This document shows positions 1 through 9,107 of a DNA stretch of 64,000 nt, piece by piece. The notes beneath the pieces were generated by a model. It was given only the letters and a program-made list of their open reading frames with translations, was not told the DNA's origin and searched no databases. This DNA comes from an uncultured Bryobacteraceae bacterium (GTDB taxonomy: Bacteria > Acidobacteriota > Terriglobia > Bryobacterales > Bryobacteraceae): the NCBI GenBank assembly GCA_947084845.1, contig CAMTUE010000004.1, forward strand, positions 7,217 through 71,216. Reading direction: 5' to 3'. The first letter of the stretch is position 1. Each line of letters opens with the position of its first letter. The position numbers and the translations under genes were made by a program.

Positions 1-741
1 CATGAGGTGTTCGCCGACGAGGAAGGCGTGGAAGCCGGCGGCCAGCAGGCGGCGGACGTCGTCGCCAGAGTGGATGCCGCTTTCGGCTGCTTTGGTGACC
101 TCGGCGGGCATCAACGCAACCAGGCGTTCCGAGTTTTCCAGGTTGACGTCAAAGGTGCGTAGATCGCGGTTGTTGACGCCGATGATGGATGCGCCGGAAT
201 CGAGCGCCTTGGCGAGTTCGGCTTCATCGTGAACTTCGACCAGGGCCGCCATTGAATAGCTCTCAGCGAGAATGCGGAAACTCGAAAGTTCATCGCGCGT
301 GAGGATCGCGGCGATCAGGAGAATGGCGTCTGCTCCAGATGCAGCGGCTTCGAGGATGTCGATCCCGGCGATGGTGAAGTCCTTGCGGATGACGGGCAGG
401 AAGGTGGAAGCGCGGGCAGTCTTCATGTCGCTGAGAGAGCCCTGGAAGAAGTCACGGTCGGTGAGGACGGAGAGTGCGGCGGCGCCTCCGGCGAAGTAGG
501 ACTGGGCCTGCAGTGCAGGGTTGAAGTCGGGCGCGAGCAGGCCTTTGCTGGGTGATGCCTTTTTGATCTCGGCGATGATGGCTGGGGGCCTGGCCCGCAG
601 TGCAGCGGCAAAGTCGCGTCGCTGGGTGGACTGGTAGCGCGCGCTCTGCTCGAACGAGGAGCGGAACTTCTCCTTTGCGGCGACCTCGACGCGCTTGCGG
701 TCTACAATGCGCGCGAGAATATCGGGGACGCTTTCAATCAT
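1..741 (-). CDS. trpC: indole-3-glycerol phosphate synthase, C-terminus cut by window edge
   Basis: Minus frame is open from ATG at 741 to position 1. It is absent from the ORF track because there is no stop in the window. My translation MIESVPDILARIVDRKRVEV..IIAEIKKASPSKG..VLTDRDFFQGS..IIGVNNRDLRTFDVNL carries the conserved IGPS motifs. Confidence 0.85.
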   Translation of the reverse strand, partial: MIESVPDILARIVDRKRVEVAAKEKFRSSFEQSARYQSTQRRDFAAALRARPPAIIAEIKKASPSKGLLAPDFNPALQAQSYFAGGAAALSVLTDRDFFQGSLSDMKTARASTFLPVIRKDFTIAGIDILEAAASGADAILLIAAILTRDELSSFRILAESYSMAALVEVHDEAELAKALDSGASIIGVNNRDLRTFDVNLENSERLVALMPAEVTKAAESGIHSGDDVRRLLAAGFHAFLVGEHLM

Positions 742-873
742 GCGGGGAACTCCCAAGATAACATGCGGTTCGAATAGCGCCTTCAAGCCGGAACAAGCCC
801 GGCTGCGGTCTCGTATGTAGGAATGAGCGGCGAAGTTGCCGCCGTTCGGTTAGTGACGAATCGGGAGGAAGCC

Positions 874-1191
874 ATGTATTGCACCGATTGTGGGAACCAG
901 ATGCAATCGACCGACGTGTTCTGCGCCCGGTGCGGGCACAGATCGGCCGCATCGCCCAGCCCTGGCCCAGCTCAACCTCGATCGCGCCTCATGCGCTCCA
1001 TGGGCGACAGGAAAATCGCCGGTGTCTGCTCAGGTATGGCAAAGCAATACGATTGGGACGTGACACTGGTCCGCCTCGCCTTCCTGCTTGGCATCGTATT
1101 TCACGGCGTGGGCCTGCTGGTCTACGCGCTGGCGTGGGCCACGATGCCCCGCGACGACAGGGCCACGGCGGATTTGAACTACGGGTCCTGA
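874..1191 (+). CDS. zinc-ribbon + PspC-domain membrane protein
   Basis: GGGAGGAAG lies upstream of ATG 874. N-terminus has CTDCG..CARCG (zinc ribbon). Then RSMGDRKIAGVCSGMAKQYDWDVTLVRLAFLL plus a TM helix, as in PspC domains. Confidence 0.7.
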   Translation: MYCTDCGNQMQSTDVFCARCGHRSAASPSPGPAQPRSRLMRSMGDRKIAGVCSGMAKQYDWDVTLVRLAFLLGIVFHGVGLLVYALAWATMPRDDRATADLNYGS

Positions 1192-1203
1192 CCAGGCCAG
1201 GCC

Positions 1204-1668
1204 TCAGACGGCGGGCTTGTCCCACGGGCGGGGTGAGGGGCCGTGGTCACGGCCTTCGACGCGATCGTAAATGTGTTTCTCGTTGGTCGTACCCAGACCA
1301 TCGTTGTAGAAACGGGTTAACCCCAGAGTCCTTTGAATCCCCTCGACGAAGCTGTGCAGTCCCTCCAGGTGTTCGGCCAGCGCAGGCGTCTTCTTCCCGC
1401 CGCGCGTCAGGAAGATCTTCTGGAAGCCGAGGTCGGTCAGCACGGCGATCTCCTCGCCCAGCGCCAGCCCTGCATCGGCCATCCCGGCCACTCCATCCGT
1501 GCCTTCGCGCAATCTTGCCGCAAAACCGCCGCGCCGGACGATGGTCGCGCCATCGGCCAGACGCGTCTCAAAACCGGCCGCCTTCAAGGAATCCATCTGA
1601 GAGGCGTACTGGGGGACTTCGGGTTGTTGGCGTTTGAAGAACATGGCAATGAGGAGACTCTCCTCCAT
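1204..1668 (-). CDS. hypothetical protein
   Basis: ORF 1204..1719. Internal ATGs at 1668 (MEESLL) and 1644 (MFFKRQ) are more plausible starts. No family recognised. Confidence 0.5.
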   Translation of the reverse strand: MEESLLIAMFFKRQQPEVPQYASQMDSLKAAGFETRLADGATIVRRGGFAARLREGTDGVAGMADAGLALGEEIAVLTDLGFQKIFLTRGGKKTPALAEHLEGLHSFVEGIQRTLGLTRFYNDGLGTTNEKHIYDRVEGRDHGPSPRPWDKPAV

Positions 1669-1824
1669 TATAGGGCTGCTAAAATAGGGACCAAACCGTG
1701 GTGCGCCGTGCGCGCACATGTCTGATGGCCCCCCGTCCGAGCCGTTCGATGCCGGATGCGCAGCGTGAAGCCACGCGGAATGTCATTTCGCGGCCAGGGG
1801 GTCTGAATAGGAAAGGATGGCCCG

Positions 1825-3228
1825 ATGGCCCTAACGATCGCCGGCATAGAGATCAACCCCAAGTTCACACCCAAACACGACCCCGACTTTGCCGCCGCCT
1901 CTCTCTTCGAGCGTGCCTACCAGGAATTGGCCGCCCGCCTCGGCAGCGTGAAGATTGTCCTCGCCCTTGAGCGGACCGGAGGATCGGTTTCGCGTTTCGA
2001 GACCGTCGCCATCCCGCCCTCGGCCGGATACCTGGATGCGACGCTGTTGCGCATCGAGCGGATCGTGAAATTTCTGCTCTGGCAGCGCGGAGGCCATACC
2101 CTTTATTGTGGCGGGCCGCCGGAGATCGGCGAATATCTGGCGAAAACGTACTCGCCCACAGGCGCTCGCTCTTTCGACTTCGACTTCATGAGCGGCGTTT
2201 TTGAACAGCCGTTCCGTGTCGTGACCTGCGAAGCCGCCGCCGCGCCCGAGTCGCGGGAGACCGGCATCGCCCTTGGCCGCCACCTCGACGGATGCCGCGT
2301 CGGATTCGACCTCGGCGCCAGCGACCGCAAGGCAAGCGCCGTCATCGATGGCGAGGCCGTGTTCAGCGAGGAAGTGGTTTGGGACCCGCGCAACGCCACC
2401 GATCCCGATTACCACTACCAGGGCGTGATGGATTCCATCCGCCGCGCCGCCAAACATCTGCCGCGCCTGGACGCCGTTGGCGGCAGCGCCGCCGGCGTCT
2501 ACATCAACAACCGCCCGCGCGTGGCATCGCTTTACCGCGGCGTCCCGAAGGACGAGTTCGAAGCCAGGATCGCCCCGATGTTCGAACAGATGGGCAAGGA
2601 ACTGGGCGTGCCGTTCGAAGTGGTGAACGACGGCGAGGTCACGGCGCTTGCCGGGTCGATGTCGCTCGGAGAGAATCCCGTGCTCGGACTGGCGTTCGGA
2701 TCGAGTCTCGCAGCCGGCTACGTCAATCGCGACGGAAACATCACCGGCTGGCTGAATGAGTTGGCCTTCGTCCCGGTCGACTATCGCGCCGATGGCCCCA
2801 GGGACGAATGGTCCGGCGACGCCGGCTGCGGTGTCCAGTATTACAATCAGGTCGCCGCGAACCGCATCTCGACGGCGGCGGGTATCAGGTACGACGAGGG
2901 CCAGCCGTTGCCCGAACGCCTGGTCGAATTGCAGAAGAAGATGGCCGCCGGCGACCCCGTGGCCGCCGAGGTTTACGAATCCATCGGCATCATGCTCGGC
3001 TACGGAATCGCCCACTACGCGACGTTTTACGACTTGAGGAACATCCTGGTGCTCGGCCGCCTGACGACCGGAAAAGGCGGCGACATCCTGCTCCAACGCG
3101 CACTCGATGTCCTGTCGGCTGAATTCCCCGAATTGGCTGCGCGCATCACGGTCGCGCTGCCGGACGAGAAGAGCCGCCGCGTCGGCCAGTCGATCGCCGC
3201 GGCCAGCCTGCCGGCCCTGAAATCGTGA
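1825..3228 (+). CDS. ROK/ASKHA-type sugar kinase-like protein with about 150-aa N-terminal extension
   Basis: 467-aa ORF with GFDLGASD (phosphate-1-like), VVNDGEVTALAG and GLAFGSSLAAGYV motifs resembling ROK/glucokinase. The ROK zinc Cys motif is not evident. Confidence 0.6.
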   Translation: MALTIAGIEINPKFTPKHDPDFAAASLFERAYQELAARLGSVKIVLALERTGGSVSRFETVAIPPSAGYLDATLLRIERIVKFLLWQRGGHTLYCGGPPEIGEYLAKTYSPTGARSFDFDFMSGVFEQPFRVVTCEAAAAPESRETGIALGRHLDGCRVGFDLGASDRKASAVIDGEAVFSEEVVWDPRNATDPDYHYQGVMDSIRRAAKHLPRLDAVGGSAAGVYINNRPRVASLYRGVPKDEFEARIAPMFEQMGKELGVPFEVVNDGEVTALAGSMSLGENPVLGLAFGSSLAAGYVNRDGNITGWLNELAFVPVDYRADGPRDEWSGDAGCGVQYYNQVAANRISTAAGIRYDEGQPLPERLVELQKKMAAGDPVAAEVYESIGIMLGYGIAHYATFYDLRNILVLGRLTTGKGGDILLQRALDVLSAEFPELAARITVALPDEKSRRVGQSIAAASLPALKS

Positions 3229-3248
3229 TCCAACAGGAGGACAAAGAA

Positions 3249-4100
3249 ATGCCCCAATTGAAAACCCCAACCTCTGAGATCTGGGTTCCCGACGGCGCGC
3301 CCGTCGAAACCGCCCTCGGCCGCGCCACCCATATGTCGATCGCCGCCCACCAGGACGACGTCGAGATCATGGCTCTCGACGGCATTCTTAAGTGCTTCGG
3401 CGTCGATGACAAGTGGTTTGGCGCCGCCATCGTCACCAACGGCGCCGGCTCCCCCCGCGACGGAATCTATGGCCGTTATACCGACGCGGAAATGATGACG
3501 GTGCGCCGCCTCGAACAGAAGAAAGCCGCCTACGTCGGCGAGTACTCCTATGTTGCTTTCCTCGACCATCCAAGTTCAGTGGTCAAGAACGGTTCCCATC
3601 CCGACCCCGCCGCCGACATCCGCGCCCTGCTGGAAACGTCGAAGCCGGAGATCGTCTACACCCACAACCTCGCCGACAAACACGACACCCATGTCGGCGT
3701 GACGCTCCATACGCTGCGCGCCATCCGTTCGATGCCCGCCGGCAAACGCCCCGGTAAGCTCTACGGCTGCGAAGTGTGGCGCGACCTCGATTGGATGATT
3801 GACTCCGACAAACTCGCCTTCCTGCTCGACGAGCGCGAGAACCTCGCCATGTCTCTGGTTGGCGTCTTCGACTCCCAGATCGCCGGCGGCAAGCGTTACG
3901 ATCTGGCCACCATGGCCCGCCGCCGCGCCCATGCGACCTATCATCAGAGCCATTCGGTCGACGCCGCCCAAATGTTGAACTTCGGCATGGACCTCACCCC
4001 GCTGATCGAAAACGACGACCTCGATCCCACGGTTTACGTCGAAGGCTATATCAATCGCTTCCTGGACGAAGTCCGGTCGCGCATCAGCAAGCTCTCCTGA
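3249..4100 (+). CDS. PIG-L (LmbE-like) family deacetylase
   Basis: AGGAGG at 3235-3240 then ATG 3249. HMSIAAHQDDVEIMA matches the PIG-L AHPDDE-type motif. Confidence 0.75.
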   Translation: MPQLKTPTSEIWVPDGAPVETALGRATHMSIAAHQDDVEIMALDGILKCFGVDDKWFGAAIVTNGAGSPRDGIYGRYTDAEMMTVRRLEQKKAAYVGEYSYVAFLDHPSSVVKNGSHPDPAADIRALLETSKPEIVYTHNLADKHDTHVGVTLHTLRAIRSMPAGKRPGKLYGCEVWRDLDWMIDSDKLAFLLDERENLAMSLVGVFDSQIAGGKRYDLATMARRRAHATYHQSHSVDAAQMLNFGMDLTPLIENDDLDPTVYVEGYINRFLDEVRSRISKLS

Positions 4101-4118
4101 TTAAGGAATAATGGACCC

Positions 4119-4979
4119 ATGCAACCCAAACTCGAACTCGCCGCCATCACCGACGAATTCACCCCGGACCTCGAAAAGGCCCTCGATGCCATGGCCGCCA
4201 TCGGCATGACCGGAGCCGAACTGCGAGTCCTGTGGGGCAAGAACATCATGGATCTCACTGACGATGAGGTGAAACGCGCCGTCGATGCCGTCAAATCGCG
4301 TGGCATGCACGTGCTTGGCATATCGTCGCCGATTCTCAAGTGCGTCCTGCCCGGCGACCATCAGCTCGACACCCGTTTCCAGCAGGACGCCTTCGCTTCG
4401 AAGCACACCTTCGAAGACCAGCCGCGGCTGGCCGGCCGCGCCTTCCAACTCTGTGAAATGACCGGCGCGAAGCTGATCCGCGTCTTCTCCTTCTGGCGCA
4501 CGCTTGCGCCCCAACGCTGCCACGACGCGATTTGCGAGAACGTCACCCGCCTCGCCGACCAGGCCAAGGCCCATGGCGTCATCATCGGCATCGAAAACGA
4601 ACACGCCTGCAACGTCGGCACCGCCGCCGAGGCCCTCCGAATCCTCGATGCGGTTCAGCATCCCAACCTGAAACTCGTTTGGGATCCGGCCAATATGCTG
4701 GTGGGCGGCGAAGACCCGTATCCGGCCGGCTACGACCTCCTGCCCATCGACCGTATCGCTCACGTCCACGCCAAGGACTGCCACATGGAGGGCCACAAAC
4801 CCGTCTGGGGCCCGCTCGGCACACGCCACGTCGATTGGAAGGGCCAGATCGCCGCGCTCCTCCATGACGGCTACACCGGCGCAGTCAGCCTCGAAACCCA
4901 TTGGCCCGGCCCCAACAACGACAAGTTCGAAGCCAGCGTAATCTGCGGCTGGAACCTGCGCGGACTTCTCGCCGCATAA
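4119..4979 (+). CDS. sugar phosphate isomerase/epimerase (xylose isomerase-like TIM barrel)
   Basis: 286-aa ORF with IRVFSFW, GIENEH and HVHAKD segments typical of the AP_endonuc_2 / TIM-barrel family. Confidence 0.75.
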   Translation: MQPKLELAAITDEFTPDLEKALDAMAAIGMTGAELRVLWGKNIMDLTDDEVKRAVDAVKSRGMHVLGISSPILKCVLPGDHQLDTRFQQDAFASKHTFEDQPRLAGRAFQLCEMTGAKLIRVFSFWRTLAPQRCHDAICENVTRLADQAKAHGVIIGIENEHACNVGTAAEALRILDAVQHPNLKLVWDPANMLVGGEDPYPAGYDLLPIDRIAHVHAKDCHMEGHKPVWGPLGTRHVDWKGQIAALLHDGYTGAVSLETHWPGPNNDKFEASVICGWNLRGLLAA

Positions 4980-4999
4980 ACAACCCGCAATCTCTGTTA

Positions 5000-5043
5000 C
5001 CCGGACCCCTGTTTGTTCGTCAGATAGGGGTCCGGGCTTTTCT
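5000..5043 (+). terminator. intrinsic terminator after the sugar gene trio
   Basis: cccggacccct (5000-5010) pairs with aggggtccggg (5026-5036), followed by cttttct. Confidence 0.75.
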
Positions 5044-5096
5044 GCTATCCTGATGCGCAACGATCGGTCTGTCAGGGGACCTCTGGGAAGGATGTA

Positions 5097-5912
5097 GTGA
5101 CCGCACGTACCTTTACTGCCGCCGCTGTACTTGTCTCCATTGCCGCCGCTTCTGCGTTCGCTTTCCAGCGCGGAGGCGGACGCGGGTCAGCGCGCGTTTT
5201 CCGCGACTCCGAGGGCCCCATCGTCCTGCCCTCCGACGCCAACGATAAGAACGAATTCAATTTCGCCCGCCTGCGTTACACAAACGTCCGCGCATCCGGC
5301 ATGTGGGGCGCGCGTGGCGGGTGGGCCGTCGATTACCCCAAGGCCGACCGCCAGTTTCTCATGGGCGTTCGCCGCCTGACACGCCTCAATACCCATTCCA
5401 TCGAAACCGTCGTCGATCTCAACTCAGACGAGATCTTCAATTACCCCTGGGTCTACGTCGTCGAACCCGGTCACTGGAGTCTCTCCGACAAGGAAGCCGC
5501 CAAACTCCGCGAGTACATCGACCGCGGCGGATTCCTGATGACCGACGACTTCCACGGGACTTACTCCTGGGGCAATTTCATGGCCAGCCTGTCCCGCGCT
5601 TTTCCCGACAAGACGGTCGTCGACATCCCCGATGACGACCCCATCTTCCAGGTCGTCTATGATCTCAAACAGAGATTCCAGGTCCCCGGTATCGTCAACT
5701 ACCCCTTCCAGCAGTCCCACGAATACGACGGCTTCGAGCCCCGCTGGCGCGCCGTCCGCGACTCGAAAGGCCGCATCGTCGTCGCCATCTGCCACAACAT
5801 GGACCTCGGCGACGCCTGGGAGTGGGCCGACCACCCCGAATACCCGGAAAAGTACGCCTCGCTCGCCTACCGCATCGGCATCAATTACATCCTCTACGCC
5901 ATGACGCATTAA
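5097..5912 (+). CDS. DUF4159-like secreted protein, first gene of MoxR/VWA operon
   Basis: GTG start and signal-like MTARTFTAAAVLVSIAAASAFA. FARLRY..GGWAVDYPKADRQFLMGVRRLTRLN..PWVYVVEPGHWSLSDKEAAKLREYIDRGGFLMTDDFHG resembles DUF4159. Family name recalled, not searched. Confidence 0.7.
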   Translation: MTARTFTAAAVLVSIAAASAFAFQRGGGRGSARVFRDSEGPIVLPSDANDKNEFNFARLRYTNVRASGMWGARGGWAVDYPKADRQFLMGVRRLTRLNTHSIETVVDLNSDEIFNYPWVYVVEPGHWSLSDKEAAKLREYIDRGGFLMTDDFHGTYSWGNFMASLSRAFPDKTVVDIPDDDPIFQVVYDLKQRFQVPGIVNYPFQQSHEYDGFEPRWRAVRDSKGRIVVAICHNMDLGDAWEWADHPEYPEKYASLAYRIGINYILYAMTH

Positions 5913-5916
5913 CGCC

Positions 5917-8190
5917 ATGTTCGAACTCCTCTTCAAGTACCCGGCCATCATGTTCCACAAGGGGGAGTTCGTCTTCGGCCGCAGTTGGCCCGTCTGGCTG
6001 TTGATTACACTCTGCGCGGCGGCGGCGGCTTATGTCGCATTCGTCGCCGTGCGGGCCCGGGACCGCGCGGCAACTCCTCCGCGGGCCTCCGCGAGCCGTT
6101 GGTTGCGGCCACTCGTCCTCGGCGCATTGAGCTGGTCCACCCTTGCCGTCCTGCTGCTGATGCTCTGGCAGCCCGCCCTCAGCGTTTCCAGTTTGAAGCC
6201 GCGCCAGAACGTCGTCGCCGTGGTGGTCGACGCATCGCGTTCCATGTCGCTGCCGGGGCAGGGAACCACTCGCATCGCCCAGGCCCGGAGCCTCCTTGAT
6301 TCAAACCTCCTCGCGGCGATCCAGGCCCGCTACCCGGTACGTATCTATACCGCCGGAGCTTCGGCCACCCGCATCGAAGCCGCCTCCGCGATTGAACCAA
6401 ACGAACCGGTCACCCGCCTCGGCGATTCGCTCGCGCAGATCGCCGCCGAATCGGCCACGCTCCCCATCGGCGCAATCGTCCTGCTGAGCGATGGATCCGA
6501 CAACGCCCACGGCTTTGACCGCGCCGCGCTCTCGGCCCTCAAACAGGCCCGCATCCCCGTACACACAATCGGCTTCGGACCCGAATCGCTCACCACCGAC
6601 GTCGAAATGCTCACCGCCGTCGCTCCCACCCGTGCTCTGCCCGGCGCCCGCATCCCCATCACCGCCCGCATCCGCCACGCCGGTTTCGACAATCGCCAGG
6701 CGAAGCTGACGGCCGTCTCCGAGGGCCGCGTCCTCGCCTCGCGCCAGATCACCCTGCCGCCCGCAGGCCAGCTCGCCGCCGAATCGCTCACGATCGCCGT
6801 GGGCAAGGCCGGCGCGATGAATGTCGAGATCAAGGTCGAGCCTCTCGGCGGTGAGTTGTCGCCCGCCAACAATGCGCAATCCGTCCTCGTCCAGATCGAA
6901 GACCGGCTCCCGCGAATCCTCTACTTCGAGGGCGAACCCCGCTGGGAATTGAAGTTCATCCGCCGCGCCGCCGAAGCCGACAGGGACGTCGAACTCGTCA
7001 GCCTGCTGCGTACGACGCAGAACAAGTTCTATCGCCAGGGCATCGCTTCGCCGGCTGAACTGGTCAACGGATTTCCGGCCACATCCGAGGAGATCTTCTC
7101 TTACGATGGCCTCATTATCGGCTCGGTCGAAGCCGGCGCTTTCGCGCCCGTCCAACTCTCCCTCATCCGCGCATTCGCCGACCGCCGGGGCGGCGGCGTC
7201 CTCTTCCTCGGCGGACGCACTTCTTTATCCGATGGCGCCTGGCAAGCCACCGAGGTCGCCGACATCCTCCCCGTCACCCTCTCCTCGCGCAACAATACGT
7301 TCTCGCGGACGCCCGTCAAGGCCGAACTCACCCAACAGGGCGCGCTCCACGACCTCACCCGGCTCGACGATTCCCCTCAAGCCAACGCCACCCGCTGGCG
7401 CGCCCTCCCGCCCATCGCCGACTTCCAGGAATCCGGCGCGCCCAAGCCCGCCGCGCTCGTCCTCGCCGAAACCGTAACGCCGGGCGGCCGCCGGCCCCTG
7501 CTCGCCATCCAGCCCTTCGGCCGCGGACGCGTCGCCCTGCTCGCAACCGGCGGGACCTGGAAATGGCAGATGCTGTTGGACGCCCGCGACCAGTCCCACG
7601 AGACGTTCTGGAAACAGATGCTGCGCTGGCTCGTCTCCGAATCGCGCTCCCGCCTGTCGGCCCGCGTCTCCGAGTCTGTCCTCAACGACACGGCGAAGCT
7701 CCGCATCGACGCCGAAGTCTTCGATTCAAACTACCTGCCCAACTCCGAAGCCGCCGTCGAAGCCCGCATCACGATGCCCGGCGGAGAAACATCGCTGGCC
7801 GCTCTACAGCCCGATCCGGTCCGTCCCGGCCACTATTCCGCCGAGTTCAAAGCTCTCTCCGCCGGAGCCTACGTCGCCCAACTCACCGCCCGCCACGGCG
7901 ACAGCGAATTTGCGCGCGACGAACTGATGTTCCGCCGCCAGGACGGCGTCGCCGAAGCCTTCCATCCTGAGCAGGACCGTCCTCTCCTCGAAGACCTCGC
8001 CGCTCAGACCGGCGGCCGTTACTGGACGCCGGAATCCTCGCGCGACCTGCCAAAGGAGATCGAATTCAGCGAAGCCGGCCTCTCGGTCCGCGAACTTCAC
8101 GACCTCTGGGACATGCCCGCCGCCTTCCTTCTGTTGATCGGCCTCAAGGCCGCCGAATGGTTGTTGCGCCGCCGCTGGGGTGCCGTCTGA
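5917..8190 (+). CDS. membrane protein with VWA domain and GATase1-like domain
   Basis: N-terminal TM helices and a MIDAS-type VVAVVVDASRSMS. Later LYFEGEPRWELKFIRRA..GLIIGSVEAG..GGGVLFLGG. C-terminal TM helix. Confidence 0.75.
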   Translation: MFELLFKYPAIMFHKGEFVFGRSWPVWLLITLCAAAAAYVAFVAVRARDRAATPPRASASRWLRPLVLGALSWSTLAVLLLMLWQPALSVSSLKPRQNVVAVVVDASRSMSLPGQGTTRIAQARSLLDSNLLAAIQARYPVRIYTAGASATRIEAASAIEPNEPVTRLGDSLAQIAAESATLPIGAIVLLSDGSDNAHGFDRAALSALKQARIPVHTIGFGPESLTTDVEMLTAVAPTRALPGARIPITARIRHAGFDNRQAKLTAVSEGRVLASRQITLPPAGQLAAESLTIAVGKAGAMNVEIKVEPLGGELSPANNAQSVLVQIEDRLPRILYFEGEPRWELKFIRRAAEADRDVELVSLLRTTQNKFYRQGIASPAELVNGFPATSEEIFSYDGLIIGSVEAGAFAPVQLSLIRAFADRRGGGVLFLGGRTSLSDGAWQATEVADILPVTLSSRNNTFSRTPVKAELTQQGALHDLTRLDDSPQANATRWRALPPIADFQESGAPKPAALVLAETVTPGGRRPLLAIQPFGRGRVALLATGGTWKWQMLLDARDQSHETFWKQMLRWLVSESRSRLSARVSESVLNDTAKLRIDAEVFDSNYLPNSEAAVEARITMPGGETSLAALQPDPVRPGHYSAEFKALSAGAYVAQLTARHGDSEFARDELMFRRQDGVAEAFHPEQDRPLLEDLAAQTGGRYWTPESSRDLPKEIEFSEAGLSVRELHDLWDMPAAFLLLIGLKAAEWLLRRRWGAV

Positions 8191-9107
8191 TGAAACACTT
8201 CGCCATCGCCCTCATCCTCCTTTGCGCCCCCGCGCAGGCCGCCACCTTCCACATCCTCTGCGCCGGACTCGGCGGCGAACCCGACTACGACACCCGCTTC
8301 ACCTCGCTTGTCAACGACGCCGCCAAACTCCTCGCCTCGCCCGGCGATACCGTCACATTATTCACCGCCGCCGCATCGCGGAAGGACGCGCTCCAGGCCG
8401 CCATCGCCAAATCGATCGCTGCCGCCGCCCCGGACGACACCATCGTCATCACTTTGATTGGTCATGGGACCTACGACGGCACGGACTACCGCTTCAACCT
8501 GCCCGGCCCGGACCTCACCGCCGCCGAACTCGATCAATGGCTCGTCCCAGCCCGCACCCGCACGGTCATCGTTCTCGCCACGGCAGCCTCGGGCGGGGCC
8601 ATCTCAACCTTGCGCGCGCCCAATCGCGTCATCATCTCAGCCACCCGCTCCGGCACCGAGAAGAACGCCGTCGTCTTCTCCCGTTTCTGGGTCGATGCCC
8701 TGCGCGACGCCGCCGCCGATACCGACAAGAACGAATCCGTTTCAGCACTCGAGGCCTTCCGCTTCGCCAAGCTCAAGACCGCCCGTTACTACGAAACCCT
8801 CAAACGCCTGGCCACCGAACATCCTGTCCTGGAAGACTCCGGCAAGGGCGAAGCCGCCGCCGATCCCTCGGCTGAAAACGGTCAGGGCCTGCTCGCCATG
8901 CGCACGCCCATCGTCCGTTTCGGAGAGGCTCAGAAGGCGCTCGCCAACCCCGTCAAGCAACTCCTGCTCCGTCGCAAGGAGTCCATCGAACAGGCCATCG
9001 ACAAGCTGAAATACGAGAAGGCCGCCATGCCGCTGGCCGACTATCGCAAGCAACTCGCCACGCTCCTTCTCCAACTCGCCCAGACCCAGGAGGAAATCGA
9101 AAAATGA
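8190..9107 (+). CDS. secreted caspase/legumain (C13)-like protein, apparently lacking catalytic Cys
   Basis: ATG 8190 shares one nt with the upstream TGA. Signal MKHFAIALILLCAPAQA. ITLIGHGTYDG gives a His-Gly as in the clan CD dyad. The expected (A)C(E/Y)SG position reads LATAASGG. Confidence 0.5.
   Translation: MKHFAIALILLCAPAQAATFHILCAGLGGEPDYDTRFTSLVNDAAKLLASPGDTVTLFTAAASRKDALQAAIAKSIAAAAPDDTIVITLIGHGTYDGTDYRFNLPGPDLTAAELDQWLVPARTRTVIVLATAASGGAISTLRAPNRVIISATRSGTEKNAVVFSRFWVDALRDAAADTDKNESVSALEAFRFAKLKTARYYETLKRLATEHPVLEDSGKGEAAADPSAENGQGLLAMRTPIVRFGEAQKALANPVKQLLLRRKESIEQAIDKLKYEKAAMPLADYRKQLATLLLQLAQTQEEIEK

Noticed and set aside
765-781. GGTTCGAAT, a tRNA T-loop-like string in the trpC-pspC gap
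   Set aside because: The flanking bases do not form a T-stem, and no acceptor or anticodon arms can be drawn.
1831-3270. 479-aa minus-strand ORF antisense to the ROK-like gene. Similar long antisense or out-of-frame ORFs occur at 4101-5060, 17202-18122, 19640-20869, 22353-23522, 35913-37268, 41706-42965 and 57960-59540.
   Set aside because: All are Arg/Gly/Ala/Pro-rich with no family motifs. Each overlaps a gene whose translation has clear conserved motifs. They are GC-bias artefacts.
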